Origin: an uncultured Alphaproteobacteria bacterium
GTDB lineage: Bacteria > Pseudomonadota > Alphaproteobacteria > Rhizobiales > Beijerinckiaceae
DNA length: 64,000 bases
Direction of reading: 5' to 3'
Assembly (NCBI GenBank): GCA_963813195.1
Contig: CAWEYC010000039.1
Span: forward strand, 51,579-115,578
The position numbers were made by a program, and so were the translations under genes. The number at the start of each line of letters is the position of its first letter. The first letter of the stretch is position 1. Positions 51,204 through 62,251 of the stretch are shown here, piece by piece. A model generated the notes under the pieces. The model was not told the origin of the DNA. It did no database searches and worked only from the letters and a program-made list of their open reading frames with translations.

Positions 51204-52721
51204 ATGTCGAGCGTATCGACGCTTCAGGATTTGATGATTTCTGGCCAAGACGCTCGTCCCTCGATCTTGGCGCCGGGCGCCCGACCGCTTTCCTTCGGCC
51301 GGCTTCGAGAGCTGATTCGCGAGACGGTCGCCTCGCTCAACCGCTATGGCTTCGGTCGCGGCGACCGGATCGCGATCGTTCTTCCCAACGGTCCCGAAAT
51401 GGCGACCGCCTTCATCGCGGTCGCCGCGGCAGCGACTGCGGCGCCGCTGAATCCGGCGTATCGCGCCGATGAGTTCGAGTTTTACATGTCGGATCTAAGC
51501 GCCAAGGCCTTGGTCGTCGAGGCCGGCAGCGCCAGCCCGGCCGTAATGGTCGCGCGCAAGCTGGGCGTCCTGGTCCTCGAACTGCAGCCACAGGCGGAAT
51601 CGGGAGTAGGCGCATTCGTCTTGACGTCCGCGGCGCCCCGCAAAGCGGGGCTCTCGCCAGGCTTCGCGCATCCGGACGAGATCGCGCTGATCCTGCATAC
51701 CTCCGGCACGACGTCGAGACCGAAGATCGTGCCGCTCACGCACCGGAATGTCAGCGTGTCCGCGCAAAATATCGCAGCCCATCTGGCATTTGCGCCGTCC
51801 GATCGCGGCCTGAACATCATGCCGCTGTTTCATATCCATGGACTGATGGCGGGGTTGCTTGCGCCACTCTCACGCGGCGGCAGCGTATTCTGCACGCCAG
51901 GCTTCAATGCGCTGAGATTTTTTCCTTGGCTGCAGGAGGCCAGGCCGACCTGGTACACCGCCGTGCCGACCATGCATCAGGCGATCCTCACCCGCGCGGG
52001 CCAGCACAAGCACGCCATCGCCGCCAACCCGCTGCGCTTCCTGCGCTCGTCCTCGTCCTCGATGCCGCCGCGAGTCATCGCCGAGTTGGAGGCAACCTTC
52101 GGCGCGCCGCTGATCGAGGCTTACGGCATGACCGAGGCGGCGCATCAAATGGCCTCCAATCCGCTAAATGGCGTCCGCAAGCCTGGCTCCGTCGGCGTCG
52201 CCGCGGGGCCCGAGATCGCGATCATTGACGAGAGCGGCAGAGTCAGGGGGGCGGGTGAGATCGGCGAAGTCGTCATCCGCGGCGCCAACGTCACGGCAGG
52301 ATACGAGAACAATCCCAAAGCAAACGACGAAGCGTTCACCGGCGGCTGGTTCCGCACCGGCGATCAGGGCGTCATCGACGAGGACGGCTACATCACTCTC
52401 ACGGGGCGCCTCAAGGAGATCATCAACCGTGGCGGCGAGAAAGTCTCGCCGCGCGAGGTCGACGACATTTTGATGGAGCACACGGCCGTCCGGCAGGTCG
52501 TCACCTTCGCCATGCCGCACGACAAGCTCGGCGAGGACGTCGCGGCGGCGGTGGTCTTGCGAGAGGGATTGCAGCCCACCGAGAAGGAACTGCGAGATTT
52601 CGTCAGCGAGCGGTTGGCCCCCTTCAAGGTGCCGCGCCGAATCGTGTTCCTCGACGAAATTCCGAAGGGCTCCACGGGCAAGCTTCAGCGTATCGGCTTG
52701 GCGGCGAAGCTCGGCCTGTAA
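51204..52721 (+). CDS. Acyl-CoA synthetase (oxalate-CoA ligase-like)
   Basis: LHTSGTTSRPK, MPLFHIHGL, YGMTEAAHQ, WFRTGDQG, KLQRIGLA. Confidence 0.9.
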   Translation: MSSVSTLQDLMISGQDARPSILAPGARPLSFGRLRELIRETVASLNRYGFGRGDRIAIVLPNGPEMATAFIAVAAAATAAPLNPAYRADEFEFYMSDLSAKALVVEAGSASPAVMVARKLGVLVLELQPQAESGVGAFVLTSAAPRKAGLSPGFAHPDEIALILHTSGTTSRPKIVPLTHRNVSVSAQNIAAHLAFAPSDRGLNIMPLFHIHGLMAGLLAPLSRGGSVFCTPGFNALRFFPWLQEARPTWYTAVPTMHQAILTRAGQHKHAIAANPLRFLRSSSSSMPPRVIAELEATFGAPLIEAYGMTEAAHQMASNPLNGVRKPGSVGVAAGPEIAIIDESGRVRGAGEIGEVVIRGANVTAGYENNPKANDEAFTGGWFRTGDQGVIDEDGYITLTGRLKEIINRGGEKVSPREVDDILMEHTAVRQVVTFAMPHDKLGEDVAAAVVLREGLQPTEKELRDFVSERLAPFKVPRRIVFLDEIPKGSTGKLQRIGLAAKLGL

Positions 52722-52736
52722 GCGGACTTTGCTCGG

Positions 52737-53015
52737 CTACGGTTGGGCGACGGCGAGGCGTTCGTGGGTTCGATCCCTGCTCATCGCCTTGAGCGGAGAC
52801 CCCGCAATCGGGCGGCCCGCCGTCTCGATCTGAACCGCATTATGCCGCGCAGACATTTCAGGAGAAGTCTCATGAAGAAAGCTCGCTGCCCTGACTCCAG
52901 CCAGAACGAGAAACGCGACGCCGACGACTAGCGAAACCTTGAACTGCCGGCGCGCCATCGCACGAATTGCCGCGGGCGAAAGGTCTGGCTCCTCGATATG
53001 CCGACCGATTTTCAA
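52737..53015 (-). CDS. Small hypothetical single-TM protein
   Basis: 92-aa ORF fills the gap between genes; ARRQFKVSLVVGVAFLVLAG hydrophobic segment. Confidence 0.45.
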   Translation of the reverse strand: MKIGRHIEEPDLSPAAIRAMARRQFKVSLVVGVAFLVLAGVRAASFLHETSPEMSARHNAVQIETAGRPIAGSPLKAMSRDRTHERLAVAQP

Positions 53016-53110
53016 ATCCTATCTCCGATTCGCCGCATGGTCGCGGGGCGACGTCGGCAGAGGCGCCGACGTCGTTGTTTTCATGGGGGCTTTCCGCCAC
53101 CTCGCTCACC

Positions 53111-53611
53111 TCATCCCCTATCCCTATTCTCGTCGCCGTGCCGGCCGCCATGATGGAACCCGCGAGCGAGGACGTGGAACAGGATGGTGAAGGTGCGCTT
53201 CTGGCCGTCGTCGAGGCTGGCGTAGAGGGGCGCCGCGGCGTCGGCGACAACCTTCAATTCGGTCGAGCGTTGCGCCAGCCGGTCTGAGCGCAGGCGCAAT
53301 CGGTCGATTAGAGACGGACGGTCGCCATCGTCTTCATGTTCGCGCATCGCGCGGAAGCGATCGGCTCGATCCTTGGCGACGCCGCGGACGGCATTCTCAA
53401 AAAGCGGCCAGTTCCTTTCCTGATCGGCCGTGAGTTTGAGGCCGCTCTTGAGCCCGCCGAGCCACGCATCGAGGAGCGCGGCGCGCTGCGCCATCCAATG
53501 ATGGTGCTCTCCCTGCGCCGGCATGTCGTTCGCATCGGCAAAAGCGGCGGAGACGAGCGGGCTGCTGGCTAGCAGAGCGATCGCAGCGCCGGCAAGGATC
53601 ATTTTCTTCAT
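53111..53611 (-). CDS. Spy/CpxP-family (LTxxQ) periplasmic protein
   Basis: Signal peptide, LKLTADQERNW and ASLDDGQK motifs. Confidence 0.85.
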   Translation of the reverse strand: MKKMILAGAAIALLASSPLVSAAFADANDMPAQGEHHHWMAQRAALLDAWLGGLKSGLKLTADQERNWPLFENAVRGVAKDRADRFRAMREHEDDGDRPSLIDRLRLRSDRLAQRSTELKVVADAAAPLYASLDDGQKRTFTILFHVLARGFHHGGRHGDENRDRG

Positions 53612-53752
53612 AGGCCACCACCTGATGAGTTGCGTTGGGCTGTCGTTGAACAGTCGTGCAAGGGTTTCCGACGATACGGATTTGCACCCCGTGTGAGGCA
53701 TCGCACCCAGATCGTCGATGAGGGAATTTAAGGCGGCGGGACGGGAAGTCAC

Positions 53753-53767
53753 GTTAAGCGTTGTTAC
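53753..53767 (-). promoter_or_regulatory. Candidate OmpR-family operator upstream of the Spy-like gene
   Basis: gttaagcgttgttac, 10-bp-period half sites similar to 61912-61927. Confidence 0.35.
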
Positions 53768-53836
53768 AACATATTGCCGGGCGACCCCGGCGGCGCCGGC
53801 GGGAGCGCGACCACCGCCGACCGCGGGGAGCGATGA

Positions 53837-56800
53837 TCAGGCCGAGTCATGTCCGCCTCGCGCCCAACGGCGGGCGCGCCTGACGCGCCCGCCAGGCAAA
53901 ATCCGGCGCCATCGGCGGCGCAGCCACCAGCTGAGTCGGTCAAGGTAGAGATAGACGACCGGCGTCGTATAGAGGGTCAGCGCCTGGCTCACGATCAGGC
54001 CGCCGACGATGGAAATGCCGAGCGGCTGGCGCAACTCGCTGCCTTCGCCAAAGCTGAAGCACAGCGGGAGGGCGCCGAGCATGGCGGCTGTCGTCGTCAT
54101 CATGATCGGGCGGAATCGCATCACCGCGGCATGGAAGATCGCCTCCCGGCTCTCCATCATTTCGTCGCGCTCCGCCTGCAAGGCGAAGTCAATCATCAGG
54201 ATCGCGTTCTTTTTGACGATGCCGATGAGGAGGATGACCCCAATCAGGGCGATGATCGTGAACTGGGTATGGAACAGGAGCAGCGCCAGCACCGCCCCGA
54301 CACCGGCTGAGGGGAGGGTCGACAGAATCGTGATCGGATGGACGAAGCTCTCGTAGAGAATGCCCAGCACGATATAGATCGCCACCACCGCTGCGATCAC
54401 CAGAAGCAGCTCGCTGCCGAGGGACTGTTCGTAAACCAGCGCCGTGCCGGCGAACCCGCCGATCAGGTCGCTCGGCATACGGATCGCTTGCACCGCGCGT
54501 TGGATCGAGCTCGCCGCGTCGCTCAGCGACTTGCCTTCGGGCAGGTTGAACGAGATCGTCGTCGCCACGTACTGGCTCTGATGGTTGACCGCGAGCGGCG
54601 TGCTCGAGGGGCCGAAGCTGGCGAAGGTCGACAGCGGCGTCATCGTCTCCGACGACGTCGACACCGCGGCGCCGGTCGATGCGCTCATGTTCCCGGTCGA
54701 TGCGATTGTCGCCTGGGCTGCCGTGCGCACGGCGGCGGCTTCGCTGCTGGCGCTGGTCGCGCTGCTCGCGCTGGTCGTCGTCGGGGCGAGCGACACGACA
54801 TGGCTGGTGGGCGCGACGGCATTGTTGGTGATGGCCGCACCGTTGTTGGTCGCCGAGGCGACGGCGGAGGACAGCGTGGGATTGACCGGCGGCGTCGCGG
54901 CCGCCGTTGCGATCGTGACGCCGGTCGGGGTCCCCGCGCTCACCGCGCTGAGTTGGGTGGTTGCCGATCCGCTCGGTTGCCCACCGGACGTGCTGACCCA
55001 AATGTCCGCGAGCGTGGACGGACGCTGCCAGTATTTCGGCGCGACTTCCATCACGACGTGGTACTGGTTCAGCGCGTTGTAGATCGTCGAGACGGAACGC
55101 TGTCCGAATGCGTCGTACAACGTGTTGTCGATCTGGTACATCGTCAGACCCAGCCGCGACGCCGTGTCGCGATTCACTACGATATTCGTCTCGAGGCCTG
55201 TCTGTTGCTGGTCGGAGCTCACGTCGACGAGAGATTTGTCCTTCTCGAGCGCCGCTAAGAGTTTCGGCCCCCATTCGTAGACTTCCGAGGTGCTGTCGCC
55301 GAGTATCGTGTATTGATAGAGCGCGTTACTCGATCGGCCGCCCACACGAATATCCTGCACCGGTTGCAGGTACAGCCGCCCTCCGGGAACGGCGGCGAGC
55401 TTGCGCCGCAGCCGCGCCATGACCTGGTCGATCCCGTCCCGTTCGCTGAGCGGCTTCAGTGAGATGTAGGCGGATCCTATATTGGTCTGCGCGGAAGCGC
55501 CGCCGCTGCCTGAGCCGGTGAAGCCGACCACATCCTGCACCGCCGGGTCGTGCTGGACGATCGCCATCATCTGCGTAAGCTTCTTGCTCAACAATTGGAA
55601 CGAGCTGTCTTGATCGGCAACGAGACTGGCGGTCACGCGCCCGGTGTCCTGCTCGGGAAAGAAGCCTTTCGGGATGATCCTGATCAACCAAACGTTCAGC
55701 GCCACGGTCGCGACCAGCAACAGCAACACGATGAAACTATGTCTCAGCGCGACGGCCAGGCTGCGCGCATAGCCGTCCTGGAGACGTTGGAACAGGCTTC
55801 TTCGGCGGATGGACTCGAGGCTCCGCCCGGTATCCGCGCGAAGGACCAGCGCGCACATCATTGGCGTCGTCGTCAGGGAGATGAACATCGACACCAGGAT
55901 GGCCAGCGAAAGCGTGACGGCGAACTCGCGGAAGAGGCGCCCGATGATGCCGCTCATCAGAAGAATCGGCAGAAAAACGGCGATCAGCGACAGGGAAATG
56001 GAGACGACGGTGAATCCGACGTCGCGCGCGCCGCGAAGCGCCGCCTGCCTTCGCGACATGCCGTCCTCGAGATGCCGCGAGATATTCTCCAGCACGACGA
56101 TGGCGTCGTCCACCACGAAGCCCGTCGCGATCGTCAGCGCCATGAGCGACAGGTTGTCGAGAGAATAACCCAGCAGGTACATCGTCCCGAACGTGCCGAT
56201 GATGGAGACCGGCACCACGACGGCCGGAATGATCGCGGCGCGCCCGTTGCGCAGGAACGCGTACACCACGGCGACGACCAGGATGCCGGCGATGATGAGC
56301 GTTCGCTGCGTCTCGCTGAGCGAGGCCCGGATCGTCGTCGAGCGGTCCGAAGCGAACGCGATGTCGAGGTTCGCCGGCATCGCCGCCTTGAGGTGGGGTA
56401 TCGCCGCTCGCACTGCGTCGACCGTCGTGATGATGTTCGCGCCGGGTTGGCGAAAAACGATGACCAGCACGGCCGGCTTTCCGTCGGCGAGACCGAGGTT
56501 CCGCAGGTCCTGCACCGAATCCCGTACGTCCGCCACGTCCTCCAGGCGGACCGCGTCCCCATTGCGGTAGGCGACGACCGACGATCGATAGTCCGCCGCG
56601 CGATTGGCCTGATCGTTGGTGTAAATCTGCCAACGACGTCCGCCGATATCGATATCGCCCTTCGGACTGTTGGCGTTCGCGCTCGACAGCGCCGAGCGGA
56701 CGTCCTCCAACCCGATGCCGTAATGCGACAGCTTCGTGGGGTCCAACTCGACCCGCACGGCGGGCAAGGCCGCGCCGCCGATGATCACCTCCCCGACGCC

Positions 56801-57310
56801 GGATATCTGCGACAGTTCCTGCTGCAGGACGACGCTCGCCGCGTCGTACATCTGTCCGCGGGTCAGCGTCGGGGACGTCAGCGAGAGAATCAGCACCGGC
56901 GCGTCCGCCGGATTGACCTTGCGGTAGGTCGGTCGCGACAGCAGGTTGGTCGGCAAATCCGCCTGCGCCGCGTTGATCGCCGCCTGCACGTCCTCCGCCG
57001 CGCCGTTGATGTCCCGATCCAGTCCGAATTGCAGGATGATGCGGGCCTGGCCGGTCTGGCTTTGCGACGTCATTTCAGTCACGTCGGCGATTTGCCCGAG
57101 GTGTCGCTCGAGCGGCTCCGCGAGACTGGTCGCCACGACGTCCGGGCTGGCGCCCGGCAACTGCGCCTGGACCAGAATCGTGGGAAAATCGACCTGCGGC
57201 AATGGCGAAACAGGAAGCTGCGCGTAGCCGAGGACGCCTGCTAACGCGATCGCGATCGTCAACAGCGTCGTGGCGACCGGTCTCGATATGAATGGCGCCG
57301 ATATGTTCAT
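53837..57310 (-). CDS. mdtC: RND efflux permease MdtC-like with long low-complexity insertion
   Basis: [47 protein letters not shown]. Confidence 0.92.
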   Translation of the reverse strand: MNISAPFISRPVATTLLTIAIALAGVLGYAQLPVSPLPQVDFPTILVQAQLPGASPDVVATSLAEPLERHLGQIADVTEMTSQSQTGQARIILQFGLDRDINGAAEDVQAAINAAQADLPTNLLSRPTYRKVNPADAPVLILSLTSPTLTRGQMYDAASVVLQQELSQISGVGEVIIGGAALPAVRVELDPTKLSHYGIGLEDVRSALSSANANSPKGDIDIGGRRWQIYTNDQANRAADYRSSVVAYRNGDAVRLEDVADVRDSVQDLRNLGLADGKPAVLVIVFRQPGANIITTVDAVRAAIPHLKAAMPANLDIAFASDRSTTIRASLSETQRTLIIAGILVVAVVYAFLRNGRAAIIPAVVVPVSIIGTFGTMYLLGYSLDNLSLMALTIATGFVVDDAIVVLENISRHLEDGMSRRQAALRGARDVGFTVVSISLSLIAVFLPILLMSGIIGRLFREFAVTLSLAILVSMFISLTTTPMMCALVLRADTGRSLESIRRRSLFQRLQDGYARSLAVALRHSFIVLLLLVATVALNVWLIRIIPKGFFPEQDTGRVTASLVADQDSSFQLLSKKLTQMMAIVQHDPAVQDVVGFTGSGSGGASAQTNIGSAYISLKPLSERDGIDQVMARLRRKLAAVPGGRLYLQPVQDIRVGGRSSNALYQYTILGDSTSEVYEWGPKLLAALEKDKSLVDVSSDQQQTGLETNIVVNRDTASRLGLTMYQIDNTLYDAFGQRSVSTIYNALNQYHVVMEVAPKYWQRPSTLADIWVSTSGGQPSGSATTQLSAVSAGTPTGVTIATAAATPPVNPTLSSAVASATNNGAAITNNAVAPTSHVVSLAPTTTSASSATSASSEAAAVRTAAQATIASTGNMSASTGAAVSTSSETMTPLSTFASFGPSSTPLAVNHQSQYVATTISFNLPEGKSLSDAASSIQRAVQAIRMPSDLIGGFAGTALVYEQSLGSELLLVIAAVVAIYIVLGILYESFVHPITILSTLPSAGVGAVLALLLFHTQFTIIALIGVILLIGIVKKNAILMIDFALQAERDEMMESREAIFHAAVMRFRPIMMTTTAAMLGALPLCFSFGEGSELRQPLGISIVGGLIVSQALTLYTTPVVYLYLDRLSWWLRRRWRRILPGGRVRRARRWARGGHDSA

Positions 57311-57338
57311 GCCGGCAGAGCCTCTCCGAGCCCCCGCG

Positions 57339-60300
57339 TCACTCGGCCGACGCCGGACTGATCCGCCGATCGGATCGCTCGGGGAAGAAGCGTTGCGCGA
57401 GCCGATCGATCGCGAGGTAGACGACGGGCGTGGTGAACAGGGTGAGCAACTGGCTGACCAGGAGACCGCCGACGATGCAGATGCCGAGCGGCCGGCGCAG
57501 CTCCGATCCGGTTCCGGTTCCGAGCATCAACGGCAGCGCGCCGAGCAGGGCCGCCATGGTCGTCATCAGAATCGGCCGGAAGCGCAGCAGGCACGCCTGA
57601 TGGATCGACTCGCGCGGGCTCTTGCCCTCCTCCCGCTGCGCCTCGAGCGCGAAGTCGATCATCATGATCGCATTCTTCTTCACGATGCCGATGAGGAGGA
57701 TGATGCCGATGATGCCGATGATGTCGAGGTCGGCGCGGACCAGGCGCAACGCGAGCAGCGCGCCGACCCCGGCGGAGGGCAGGGTGGAGAGAATCGTGAT
57801 CGGGTGCAGGAAGCTCTCGTAGAGGACCCCGAGCACGATGTAGACGGCGACCACAGCGGCGACGATCAGCACCAGTTCGTTGGAGAGCGACTTCTGGAAC
57901 GCGGACAGCGCTCCCTGGTAGGACGTTGTGAAGCTGGCCGGTAGCCCGATGTCGGCCTCCGCCTGGCTGATCTCGTCGACCGCGCTGCCCAAGGACGCCC
58001 CTTTGGCCAGGTTGAACGAGATGGAAGTCGAGGGAAATTGGCCGAGATGCGCGATCTGGAGCGGCGCGTTGGTCTCGGAGAGAGTCACGACAGCGGACAG
58101 CGGCACCTGTCCGGTGCTCGACGTGGACGAAGGTAGATAGATTGCCGAAATCGCGTCGTCGAGACTGTGCAGGTCGTGCATATCCGCGTTCATGATCACG
58201 CGATACTGATTGGATTGCGTATAGAACGTCGAGGCGATACGCTGCCCGAAGGTGTCGTAGAGCGCGTTGTCCACCGTGGCGGGCGTGATGCCGAAGCGTG
58301 CCGCTGTCCGCCGGTCGATGATCATCCTGAGCTGGCGGCCCTGCAGCGCGAGATCGGTCGAAACGTCCTGGAACTCTGGCATTTGCTGCAGGCGCTGAAC
58401 CAGCTTCGGCGCCCAAGTCGCGAATTTTGACTGATCCGGGTTTTCGAGGAAGAACATATATTGAGCGCGCCCAACCGTGCTGTCGATCGTGAGGTCCTGC
58501 ACCGGCTGCATCGCAAGCGAGATGCCAATCACGTGCTTCGTTTCTTCCTCGAGCCTGCGGATGATCTCGCTGGCGTCGTCGCTTCGCTCGTCGCGGGGCT
58601 TCAGCGAGATGAGAAGCCTTCCGTTGTTCAAGGCCATGTTCGTCCCGTCGACCCCGATGAAAGAGGCGACGTTGGCGACATCGCGGTCCTGCAGCACCGC
58701 ATCCACGAGCGCCTGCTGCCTTTGCGCCATCGCCGAGAACGAGATGTCCTGGGCGGCGATCGTGATGCCCTGGATCGCGCCGGTGTCCTGCACCGGGAAG
58801 AAGCCTTTAGGGATTTCGGCATATTGGAAGCAGGTCACCGCGAGGGTGAGCACGGCGACGATCAAGGTGGCGCCCTGATGGTCGAGAACCCAAGTCAACG
58901 CACGATCGTATTCGCCGATGATCCATTCGAACCCTCGTTCGGCGGCGAGATCGAAGCGATTGCGTGTGTGCTCCGGCCGATGCCGCACGATTAGAGCGCA
59001 CAGCATCGGAACCAGGCTCAACGACACGACCGCCGACAGCACGATCGTCATCGCGAGCGTGAGCGCGAACTCGTGGAACAGCCGTCCCACCTCGTCCCCC
59101 ATGAACAGGAGTGGTATCAGCACCGCGATCAACGACACGGTCAACGAAACGATGGTGAACCCGATCTCGCCCGAGCCGCGCAGCGCCGCTTCCAGCGGCG
59201 CCATTCCCTGCTCGACATATCGGGCGATGTTCTCGATCATGACGATCGCGTCGTCCACCACGAACCCGGTGGCGATGGTCAGGGACATCAGCGACAGGTT
59301 GTCGAGCGAGAAACCCAGGAGATACATGCCTGCGAGCGTCCCCACGATGGAGAGCGGCACGGATAGGCTGGGAATCAGGGTCGCCGGCAGATTGCGCAGG
59401 AAAACGAAGATCACCAGCACCACCAGCACGACAGCAAGGCCGAGTTCAAACTCGACGTCGCTGACCGAGGCGCGTATCGTCGCGGTCTGGTCCGAAAGTA
59501 TGGCGACGTCGATGCCGGCCGGGAGCGACTGTTCCAGCTTCGGCAGCAACGCCTTCACCGCGGCGACGACGCCGATCACGTTGGACCCCGGTTGCCGCTG
59601 GACGTTGAGAATGATCGCCGGCGTGCGATTGGCCCAGCCCGCAAGCTCGGAGTTCTCGGGGCCGTCAACAACGGTCGCGACGTCCGAGAGCCGGACCGCG
59701 CCGCCGTTCTTGTAGGCGACGATCACTTTGCGAAAGGCCTCCACGGTCTGCAACTGATCGTTGTCGTTGATCGTGCTGTCTTGAGAAGGTCCATCGAAAT
59801 TCCCCTTCGGCAGGTCGGTGTTTTCGTTGGTGATATCCGTCCGGATGTCGTCGATGGCGAGGCCATAGGCGGCCAGCGCGCGCGGGTTCAGCTGAACCCT
59901 TAGCGCGGGCCGCTGGCCGCCTTCGATCGACACCAGCCCCACGCCCGAGACTTGCGAGAGCTTCTGCGCCAGACGAATGTCCGCGACATCCTCCACCTGG
60001 GTCAGCGGCAGCGTTTTCGAGGTCAGGGCGAAGGTGATCACCGGGGTATTGGCGGGATTGACCTTCGCGTAGACGGGCGGCGCCGGAAGCCCCGAGGGCA
60101 GCAGGCTGCTTGCGGCGTTGATGGCCGCCTGCACCTCTTGCTCGGCGACGTCCAGCGACAAGTTGAGGTCGAACTGCAGCGTCGTCACAGCGGCGCCGGC
60201 CGAGCTGATCGAGCTCATCTGGTCCAGCCCCGGCATCTCGCCAAACTGACGCTCGAGAGGCGCCGTCACCGCGGTCGTCATCACCTCCGGACTTGCGCCG

Positions 60301-60455
60301 GGATAGAAGGTGGAGACCTGAATGGTGGGATAGTCCACCTCCGGCAATGCGGAAACCGGCAGGAACCGGTATGCCACGATCCCGACCAGGAGCATGGCGA
60401 CCATCAGTAGCGTCGTCGCCACTGGCCGCAGAATAAAGATGCGCGACGGGTTCAT
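57339..60455 (-). CDS. mdtB: RND efflux permease MdtB-like
   Basis: [49 protein letters not shown]. Confidence 0.94.
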   Translation of the reverse strand: MNPSRIFILRPVATTLLMVAMLLVGIVAYRFLPVSALPEVDYPTIQVSTFYPGASPEVMTTAVTAPLERQFGEMPGLDQMSSISSAGAAVTTLQFDLNLSLDVAEQEVQAAINAASSLLPSGLPAPPVYAKVNPANTPVITFALTSKTLPLTQVEDVADIRLAQKLSQVSGVGLVSIEGGQRPALRVQLNPRALAAYGLAIDDIRTDITNENTDLPKGNFDGPSQDSTINDNDQLQTVEAFRKVIVAYKNGGAVRLSDVATVVDGPENSELAGWANRTPAIILNVQRQPGSNVIGVVAAVKALLPKLEQSLPAGIDVAILSDQTATIRASVSDVEFELGLAVVLVVLVIFVFLRNLPATLIPSLSVPLSIVGTLAGMYLLGFSLDNLSLMSLTIATGFVVDDAIVMIENIARYVEQGMAPLEAALRGSGEIGFTIVSLTVSLIAVLIPLLFMGDEVGRLFHEFALTLAMTIVLSAVVSLSLVPMLCALIVRHRPEHTRNRFDLAAERGFEWIIGEYDRALTWVLDHQGATLIVAVLTLAVTCFQYAEIPKGFFPVQDTGAIQGITIAAQDISFSAMAQRQQALVDAVLQDRDVANVASFIGVDGTNMALNNGRLLISLKPRDERSDDASEIIRRLEEETKHVIGISLAMQPVQDLTIDSTVGRAQYMFFLENPDQSKFATWAPKLVQRLQQMPEFQDVSTDLALQGRQLRMIIDRRTAARFGITPATVDNALYDTFGQRIASTFYTQSNQYRVIMNADMHDLHSLDDAISAIYLPSSTSSTGQVPLSAVVTLSETNAPLQIAHLGQFPSTSISFNLAKGASLGSAVDEISQAEADIGLPASFTTSYQGALSAFQKSLSNELVLIVAAVVAVYIVLGVLYESFLHPITILSTLPSAGVGALLALRLVRADLDIIGIIGIILLIGIVKKNAIMMIDFALEAQREEGKSPRESIHQACLLRFRPILMTTMAALLGALPLMLGTGTGSELRRPLGICIVGGLLVSQLLTLFTTPVVYLAIDRLAQRFFPERSDRRISPASAE

Positions 60456-60464
60456 GGCTCACGC

Positions 60465-61799
60465 CTACTGCGCGTTGGGTGGTGCGCCGGCCGGCTGCGA
60501 CGGCTGCTTGCGCCCATGCCCCTTCAAACTCTCGCCCGACGAAGCCTTGCCGGTCTGGCCGTCCGGAGGAGCCTGCGACCCGCCGTCGACGTTGGCCGCC
60601 GGATCGGTCGCGTCCGCCGTTATCCGCACCTTCGAGCCTTCGCGAAGCCGATCGGCGCCGTCGACCACAACAATGTCGCCCGGCTTCAGCCCCGACAGGA
60701 TCTGTACTCGCTCGTCGTCCGTCATCCCGGTCTTGACGACCTGCACCGCGACGGAGCCGTCCGGCTTGACCAGATAGACGAACGCTCCCGGCGCGCCGTG
60801 CTGGATCGCCGCCACCGGCGCGACCGTCACTCCGCTCAGTGTCCGCACGAGCAGCCGAGCATTCACGAACTGATTGGGAAACAGCGTTTCGTCGGTATTG
60901 GGGAACGTGGCGCGCAGCTTGATCGTGCCGGTGGTGGTGTCGATCTCGTTGTCGACGCTTTCCAGCGTGCCGGTCGCGATCAGCGTGGCGTCGGAGCTGT
61001 TGTAAGCGCTCACCGACAGCGTCTTGCCCGCTCGCACCTGCTGCCAGATGGGTTGAACGTCGGCTTCCGGCAGCTCGAAGATCACCGAGATCGGCTGTAT
61101 CTGCGTCAGCACCACCAGCCCGGTCGAGCTCGTCGTCTGCACGTAATTGCCGGGGTCAACCAGCCGCAAGCCGACGCGGCCAGTCACGGGCGCGACGATA
61201 TGGCAATAGGTCAGGTTGAGCTTGTCGGTCTCGATCGTCGCCTTATCCGTCGCCACCGTCCCTTGGTCTTGCTTCACCAGGAACTCCTGATCGGCGACCT
61301 GCTGCAGCGCGATAAAGTCTTCCTTGCCGAGCTTCTGGTATCGAACGAGGTCGGATTGCGCTTGCTCGAGAAGGCCCTGATCGTGGGTGAGTGCCCCCTC
61401 GGCCTGATCCAGGGCAGCCTGATAGGGCCGGGGGTCGATCTGAGCTAGAAAATCGCCCTTGTGGACGAGCTGGCCTTCCTTGAACCCGACGGAGACGAGC
61501 TGGCCGTTGATCTGGGTCTGCACGGTTACTGTCGCCAGCGGGGTCACCGTTCCCAGACCGGACATGGTCTCCCTGATGTCGCCTGTGCCGATCTTCGCGG
61601 CGCCGACGTCCTGCACCGTTTCTTGCTGACGTTTGCCGCTAGGGGCGGGGGGCGCGAAGAGTCGCCAGGCGACGAAGCCCAACAGGGCGAGGCCGAAGAG
61701 AGGAAGCGCCCACCTGAGCCGGCTTCTCCGGCGCGCGATCTCGCGGGACGGCATGTCGGCCTCGGTCTCGGCCTCTTTCACTCCTACCCGTTCGTCCAT
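60465..61799 (-). CDS. mdtA: RND membrane fusion protein MdtA-like
   Basis: LGTVTPLATVTV, QIDPRPYQA, IDTTTGTIKLRA, LFPNQFVNARL. Confidence 0.92.
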   Translation of the reverse strand: MDERVGVKEAETEADMPSREIARRRSRLRWALPLFGLALLGFVAWRLFAPPAPSGKRQQETVQDVGAAKIGTGDIRETMSGLGTVTPLATVTVQTQINGQLVSVGFKEGQLVHKGDFLAQIDPRPYQAALDQAEGALTHDQGLLEQAQSDLVRYQKLGKEDFIALQQVADQEFLVKQDQGTVATDKATIETDKLNLTYCHIVAPVTGRVGLRLVDPGNYVQTTSSTGLVVLTQIQPISVIFELPEADVQPIWQQVRAGKTLSVSAYNSSDATLIATGTLESVDNEIDTTTGTIKLRATFPNTDETLFPNQFVNARLLVRTLSGVTVAPVAAIQHGAPGAFVYLVKPDGSVAVQVVKTGMTDDERVQILSGLKPGDIVVVDGADRLREGSKVRITADATDPAANVDGGSQAPPDGQTGKASSGESLKGHGRKQPSQPAGAPPNAQ

Positions 61800-61911
61800 G
61801 ATCTCCTGTGTCCTCGGGACTGTCAAAGTCGCGCACCGGCGGACGCAACGAACCAAGTTGAGGCCAGCCTCAAACGTAACTTCAGAATATCTGCGATCCC
61901 TCGGATGTCAT

Positions 61912-61927
61912 ATTAAGCGGCGTTAAG
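61912..61927 (-). promoter_or_regulatory. Candidate OmpR-family operator between mdtA and the response regulator
   Basis: attaagcggcgttaag with TTAAG repeated at 10-bp spacing. Confidence 0.4.
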
Positions 61928-62251
61928 AGAGATGTTTCTGAGTTTCGCAATGAGGCAGCGGTGTGGCGGCGCCGGCGTTCATCTAACCTCTCCGCAGCTG
62001 AACAAGAGCGCCGAGAAACCGTCACACTGGACTGCCTCTATCTTGGAGGCGCGCCCCTACTTCCTATGTCGTCTCAAGCGACCGCGCTGGACAGGCCATG
62101 CGACGCGCGACAAAAGGCCGCGGTGTCCGCAGCCCTGAATTAAACTCGCGGGACAAGCTGGATGTTCGGCTGGGCCGAAACAAAAAAACACATTTCGGCG
62201 GCTGACGCGCCTGGCAACTTGGGACTAACTAGTAGAGTTGAGGTTCGACCC

